Assembly (NCBI GenBank): GCA_038231275.1
Contig: JBBRLQ010000006.1
Span: 32,001-96,000 of the forward strand
Reading direction: 5' to 3'
Source of the DNA: Polyangiales bacterium
GTDB lineage: Bacteria > Myxococcota_A > Polyangia > Polyangiales > Polyangiaceae
Length of the DNA stretch: 64,000 nt
Part shown: one piece after another, positions 60,230 through 64,000 of the stretch
Layout of the letters: every line of letters starts with the position of its first letter
Numbering within the stretch: the first letter of the stretch is position 1
The notes under the pieces: generated by a model
Told to the model about the DNA's origin: nothing
What the model saw: only the letters and a program-made list of their open reading frames with translations
Databases searched by the model: none
Program-made: the position numbers and the translations under genes

Positions 60230-60856
60230 TCAACTCTGACGGAACCCCGGCATTGGAACTTTGTAGTCGGGCTCGGGCACAGGCGCGACGGCCGCGGGCT
60301 CTAGCGGCGCCGGCGGCCGCGATCCTCTCGGCGGTGACTCGGGCGGCCGCCCGGGGATTTGAAGGCTCTGCAGGATTTTTCCGAGCGCCTGGCGCATCGT
60401 CGCGGACTGCGCCTCGGGCCCCGAGATATTGAAGACGGAGACCCTTCGCTCGGGGTCGTCGAGGGGGTCGAGAAGAGCGAGGTATTGCTCGAACGTCCCC
60501 CCTTCCATCGCGAGCCGGAACCGGAAGACCATGCCCGACCGCCCTGCGACCTCCACGTTGTTGACCTCTTGCAGCTCGAACCCCGGAATCTCTTTCCCGA
60601 GGGTCACGAGCACCTGCGCCGCGTGCGTCCACAACGTGTCGGTCGGTGCGATCCTGTCGCGCGCGACCTTGAGGATGAGCGGCGAGCCCGACTCTGCGCC
60701 AGGACCGCGCGCGACGAACGTGGTGGCGTCCTCCCAATCCAGGGGCAGCGCGAACGAAACGCCCGCGCACTCGTAGCGCTGCGCGCGCTTGGCCGCGGCG
60801 CCCTCTGAGGGAACGGGTGCAGCGCTGCCGGCGTTCGGTGCGATCGTTCCGGTCAC
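60230..60856 (-). CDS. DcrB/PsbP-like (DUF1795-like) protein
   Basis: FALPLDWEDAT...VARD...IPGFEL...VAGRSG...EQY pattern; start uncertain. Confidence 0.6.
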   Translation of the reverse strand: MTGTIAPNAGSAAPVPSEGAAAKRAQRYECAGVSFALPLDWEDATTFVARGPGAESGSPLILKVARDRIAPTDTLWTHAAQVLVTLGKEIPGFELQEVNNVEVAGRSGMVFRFRLAMEGGTFEQYLALLDPLDDPERRVSVFNISGPEAQSATMRQALGKILQSLQIPGRPPESPPRGSRPPAPLEPAAVAPVPEPDYKVPMPGFRQS

Positions 60857-60962
60857 CCTCTGTGGTACGGCGCCGCCTGGACGAACTCCCTTCGGTGCCC
60901 CCGAGCGACTCCGCGGAGCCCGGTGGCACGCCGGCGCGTTCGGCGATAAGGTCCCGCCCACG

Positions 60963-62126
60963 ATGCCGGATTTTCTCGATCTCGCCCGCCATTTCACCCC
61001 CGAAGAGCGTCAGGTGCGGGACACCGTGCGCGCGTTCGTCGACGCGCGCGTGATGCCCGTGATCGCCGACCACTTCGAGAAGGGGACGTTCCCGAACGAT
61101 CTCATCCCCGAGATCGCGAAGCTCGGGCTACTTGGTTGCAATCTACAAGGATATGGCTGCGCTGGCCTCAGCGAGGTCGGCTACGGCCTCGCGATGCAAG
61201 AGCTGGAGCGCGGTGACTCCGGCATCCGCAGCTTCGCGAGCGTGCAGGGCGGGCTCGTCATGTACCCGATCCACGCCTTCGGCTCGGAGGCGCAAAAAGA
61301 GAAGTACCTCCCCAAGATGGCGAAGGGGGAGATCATCGGCTGCTTCGGTCTCACCGAGCCGGACTGGGGCTCGAACCCCAACGGCATGCGCACGGTGGCG
61401 AGGGACGACGGCGACTCGTTCGTCCTGAGCGGCACGAAGCGCTGGATCACCAACGGCAACCTCGCGCACGTCGCGCTCGTCTGGGCGAAGCTTGGCGGCG
61501 TCGAGGGGCCGGTGCACGGCTTCCTCGTGCCGACCGACGCGAAGGGCTTCGAAGCGAGGCCGATCCACAAGAAGATGAGCCTTCGCGCGAGCGTCACGAG
61601 CGAGCTGATCCTCGAGGACGTGCGGATCAAGAAAGATCAGATTTTGCCCGGCGTGAAGGGCATGAAGGGGCCGCTCTCGTGCCTCACCTCTGCGCGCTTC
61701 GGGATCGCGTGGGGCGTCATCGGCGCGATGACGGCGTGCTTCGACTGCGCCGTCGACTACGCCAAGCACCGTGTGCAGTTCGCAGGCAAGCCGATCGCGT
61801 CGCACCAGCTCGTGCAGGCCAAATTCGCGGAGATGCTCACGCAGATCACGACCGCACAGCTCTACGCGCTCGAGGTCGCGCGCCACAAGGCCGCCGGCAC
61901 GCTGCGCCCGCAGCACGTCAGCATGATCAAGCGGAGCAACGTCCGCTCCGCGCTCGAGATCGCGCGCACGTGCCGCGACATCCTCGGCGGCAATGGCATC
62001 ACGCTCGAGTACCCGATCATGCGCCACCTGATGAACCTCGAGACGGTCTCCACCTACGAGGGCACGCACGACGTGCACACGCTGATCCTCGGCCAGGACG
62101 TGACCGGGATCAGCGCGTTCGAGTAG
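60963..62126 (+). CDS. Acyl-CoA dehydrogenase (glutaryl-CoA dehydrogenase-like)
   Basis: ELERGDSG, GCFGLTEPD, KRWITN, GGNGI, TYEGTHDVH. Confidence 0.92.
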   Translation: MPDFLDLARHFTPEERQVRDTVRAFVDARVMPVIADHFEKGTFPNDLIPEIAKLGLLGCNLQGYGCAGLSEVGYGLAMQELERGDSGIRSFASVQGGLVMYPIHAFGSEAQKEKYLPKMAKGEIIGCFGLTEPDWGSNPNGMRTVARDDGDSFVLSGTKRWITNGNLAHVALVWAKLGGVEGPVHGFLVPTDAKGFEARPIHKKMSLRASVTSELILEDVRIKKDQILPGVKGMKGPLSCLTSARFGIAWGVIGAMTACFDCAVDYAKHRVQFAGKPIASHQLVQAKFAEMLTQITTAQLYALEVARHKAAGTLRPQHVSMIKRSNVRSALEIARTCRDILGGNGITLEYPIMRHLMNLETVSTYEGTHDVHTLILGQDVTGISAFE

Positions 62127-62140
62127 CGGCGCGGACGCGC

Positions 62141-62179
62141 GTCAGGAGCGTTTTGCTCCGCTGCGCTCAACTCCACTCA
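62141..62179 (-). repeat. Dispersed REP-like element, copy 3 (5' part only)
   Basis: Minus strand TGAGTGGAGTTGAGCGCAGCGGAGCAAAACGCTCCTGAC; no terminal hairpin. Confidence 0.75.
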
Positions 62180-62641
62180 CCGCGCCGAGATGCCCTTGCA
62201 GCTCGAGTCGATCGTAACGCGCTTGGTCTGCGGCGTGACCTTCACGCTCGCCAGGCCGTTCTCTTGCTCGTCGATGATCCACACGGTGAGCGTGCCGTCG
62301 GAGCTCCGGCCCTGGCTCGACGTCGAGTTGCTGCTGACGCTCGACTTGGTGCCGCTGCCGAACTTCGGCTTGTCGCCGTAGAAGACGGGGACGGTCTTGC
62401 TGCAGTCACTGTGAATTTCCACCGTGGTCGGCACCGAAGCGGTCGGCGCGGAGGGAGCCTTCGGCGCGTTCGGCATGCTCGGCGCGGACGGGCCGGACGG
62501 GGCGTTCGCGAGCGGCGCGCCCGTCGTCTCGGGCAAGGAGCCGGTCGACGGCGCGGTCGGGGCGGCCGGCGGAGTGTACTGCGGCATCTGGCAACCGGCG
62601 GTGGCGAGGAGCGCGAACGATGCGAGCGTGGCGATGCGCAT
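62177..62641 (-). CDS. Hypothetical lipoprotein with Pro-rich linker
   Basis: TAGC lipobox, small 2-Cys beta domain. Confidence 0.75.
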   Translation of the reverse strand: MRIATLASFALLATAGCQMPQYTPPAAPTAPSTGSLPETTGAPLANAPSGPSAPSMPNAPKAPSAPTASVPTTVEIHSDCSKTVPVFYGDKPKFGSGTKSSVSSNSTSSQGRSSDGTLTVWIIDEQENGLASVKVTPQTKRVTIDSSCKGISAR

Positions 62642-62801
62642 GAGGATCTCTTTTTCGGTTCGGAGTTGCGATGCGACCCGTCGTACGTGCGCCTCGGGGG
62701 GATCTCCCTCCACTGGTCGAACGGGCAGGCGAAGATCCATCGGTCGCGCCGCGCGAACGTCGGCACGCCGTAATTTCAGCCTCGTAGGCGATGTGGGACA
62801 A

Positions 62802-62817
62802 TGGCATACATTTCGCA
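62802..62817 (+). promoter_or_regulatory. Sigma54 promoter, ATG 14 nt after the -12 C
   Basis: TGGCATACATTTCGCA = GG-N10-GC. Confidence 0.6.
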
Positions 62818-62829
62818 GTCAGACCGGTC

Positions 62830-64000
62830 ATGACCAAAGTCCGCCTCGCGCATGCTCTGTCCGTCTCCCTCGCGGCGACGGCGTTCGTCGCGTGCAGCTC
62901 CGACGGCGGCGCCGCCGACGATCCCGGCGTCTCGGAGGATCTCCTCGTCGTCGGCTCCGGCTTCGAGAAGGACGTCACCGTCTTCGACGATCGCCTCGAG
63001 GTCCCGCGCGCGGGCCACGACGACGTCCTCTCCACCAAGGTCGGCAAGCTCCTCGTCGGCGGCCCGTCGCAGCTCGATCGCAACCCGCACGGCTTCTTAC
63101 GCCGCGCGTCCGGCGTGCGCGTGGTGGGCGACAAGATCGTCGTCGACACCGGCCGCCCGGTCCTCACGGACGTCTTCCACGGCAGCGCGCAGATGCAGGT
63201 CGCCGACCAAGGCGCCGGATCGGCGACGCCCATGTCGGCGGACGGCACGCTGCGCCCCGCAGGTTGGGCCAGCAAGCTCGGCGGCGCGCTGAAGCTCCCC
63301 GCGCAGCTCACGCTCCTCTCCTTCGTCGCGTCGCTCGTCGATCCGGTGAAGAGCAACGAGAAGTACGACGTCAAGATCGGCCTCGGGGGCGGCTCGTTCT
63401 CGTTCACGCCGAAGATCTCGACCGACGTGAAGGTGAAGCACGGCGAGCTCGATCACCTCTACGTTGCCGCAGAGGGCCTCCTCGAGGGCGAGGTCGAGAT
63501 CGACGTCGACGTGAAGGCGCACGGCACGCTCGCCACCACGAACAACGGGCTCCTCCAACCGATACGAATCGATCGGCGCCTCGCCCAATGGCCGGCGGCG
63601 CACTCGCTCCAGTTCATCGGCATCGTGCCGGTGTGGGAGACGGTGGAGCTCTCGCTGGTCCTTCGCTGCGATTTGGCGTTCAACGGCGAGGCGACCGGAA
63701 AGATTTTCCTCAAGGCGAGCGCCGACGGGACCTACGGCGCCGAGTACAAGAACGGCAAGGGATGGAGCAAGGTCGAGAAGGGACCGACGCTCGACCCGAC
63801 GGGCAGCCGCGTCGAGATCACGCAGATCGGCAGCGCCGACGTGAAGTGCTCGCTCGAGCCGCAAGTGGCGCTGCTCGTCTACGATCTCGCGGGGCCGACG
63901 CTGGCGATGGGGCCGTACGCGAACGTCCACGTGGACGAGGCGACGCGCGCATGGACGCTCCAGCCGGGATTCCGTGCGGATCTCGGGGTGCTCGTCACGT
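62830..64000 (+). CDS. Hypothetical beta-rich lipoprotein, 3' end beyond window
   Basis: Manual translation MTKVRLAHALSVSLAATAFVAC-SSDGG...; appears open to window end; absent from ORF track. Confidence 0.8.
   Translation, partial: MTKVRLAHALSVSLAATAFVACSSDGGAADDPGVSEDLLVVGSGFEKDVTVFDDRLEVPRAGHDDVLSTKVGKLLVGGPSQLDRNPHGFLRRASGVRVVGDKIVVDTGRPVLTDVFHGSAQMQVADQGAGSATPMSADGTLRPAGWASKLGGALKLPAQLTLLSFVASLVDPVKSNEKYDVKIGLGGGSFSFTPKISTDVKVKHGELDHLYVAAEGLLEGEVEIDVDVKAHGTLATTNNGLLQPIRIDRRLAQWPAAHSLQFIGIVPVWETVELSLVLRCDLAFNGEATGKIFLKASADGTYGAEYKNGKGWSKVEKGPTLDPTGSRVEITQIGSADVKCSLEPQVALLVYDLAGPTLAMGPYANVHVDEATRAWTLQPGFRADLGVLVT

Noticed and set aside
60924..60940. TGGCACG sigma54-like -24 box upstream of the acyl-CoA dehydrogenase
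   Set aside because: No GC at the required GG-N10-GC position.

Overview
High-GC chromosomal window with no mobile elements, from a myxobacterium (Polyangiaceae/Labilithrix-like, judged from Ser/Thr kinases with PEGA or Pro-Thr tails, TPR-PEGA proteins, Cys-rich lipoproteins, several ECF sigma factors and sigma54 activators). About 60 real CDSs; most other ORF-track entries are GC-rich shadow ORFs. Housekeeping genes: rnr, DnaJ/CbpA, trpS, glmS, a leuB-like dehydrogenase, ald, pyrD, a peroxiredoxin and an acyl-CoA dehydrogenase. Two genes are missing from the ORF track because they run off the edges: a VKOR protein (left) and a lipoprotein (right). No rRNA, tRNA, CRISPR, transposase or phage genes were recognised. 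Most notable: (1) a kinase > TPR/PEGA protein > Cys-rich lipoprotein module occurring twice, one copy head-to-head with a sigma factor, the two start codons sharing one CATG; (2) a dispersed 40-70 bp element in 3 copies, each starting at a gene's Arg-TGA end, with a covarying hairpin; (3) repeated signatures of leaderless transcription, including sigma54 motifs exactly 14 nt before ATG and bidirectional -10 boxes; (4) a BlaI plus M56-peptidase/class-B-PBP fusion with twin palindromic operators and no beta-lactamase; (5) CCGACT microsatellites in coding and non-coding positions; (6) three single-base lesions (amber codon in a Walker B, a frameshift, pyrD GGLSD) that may be assembly errors.
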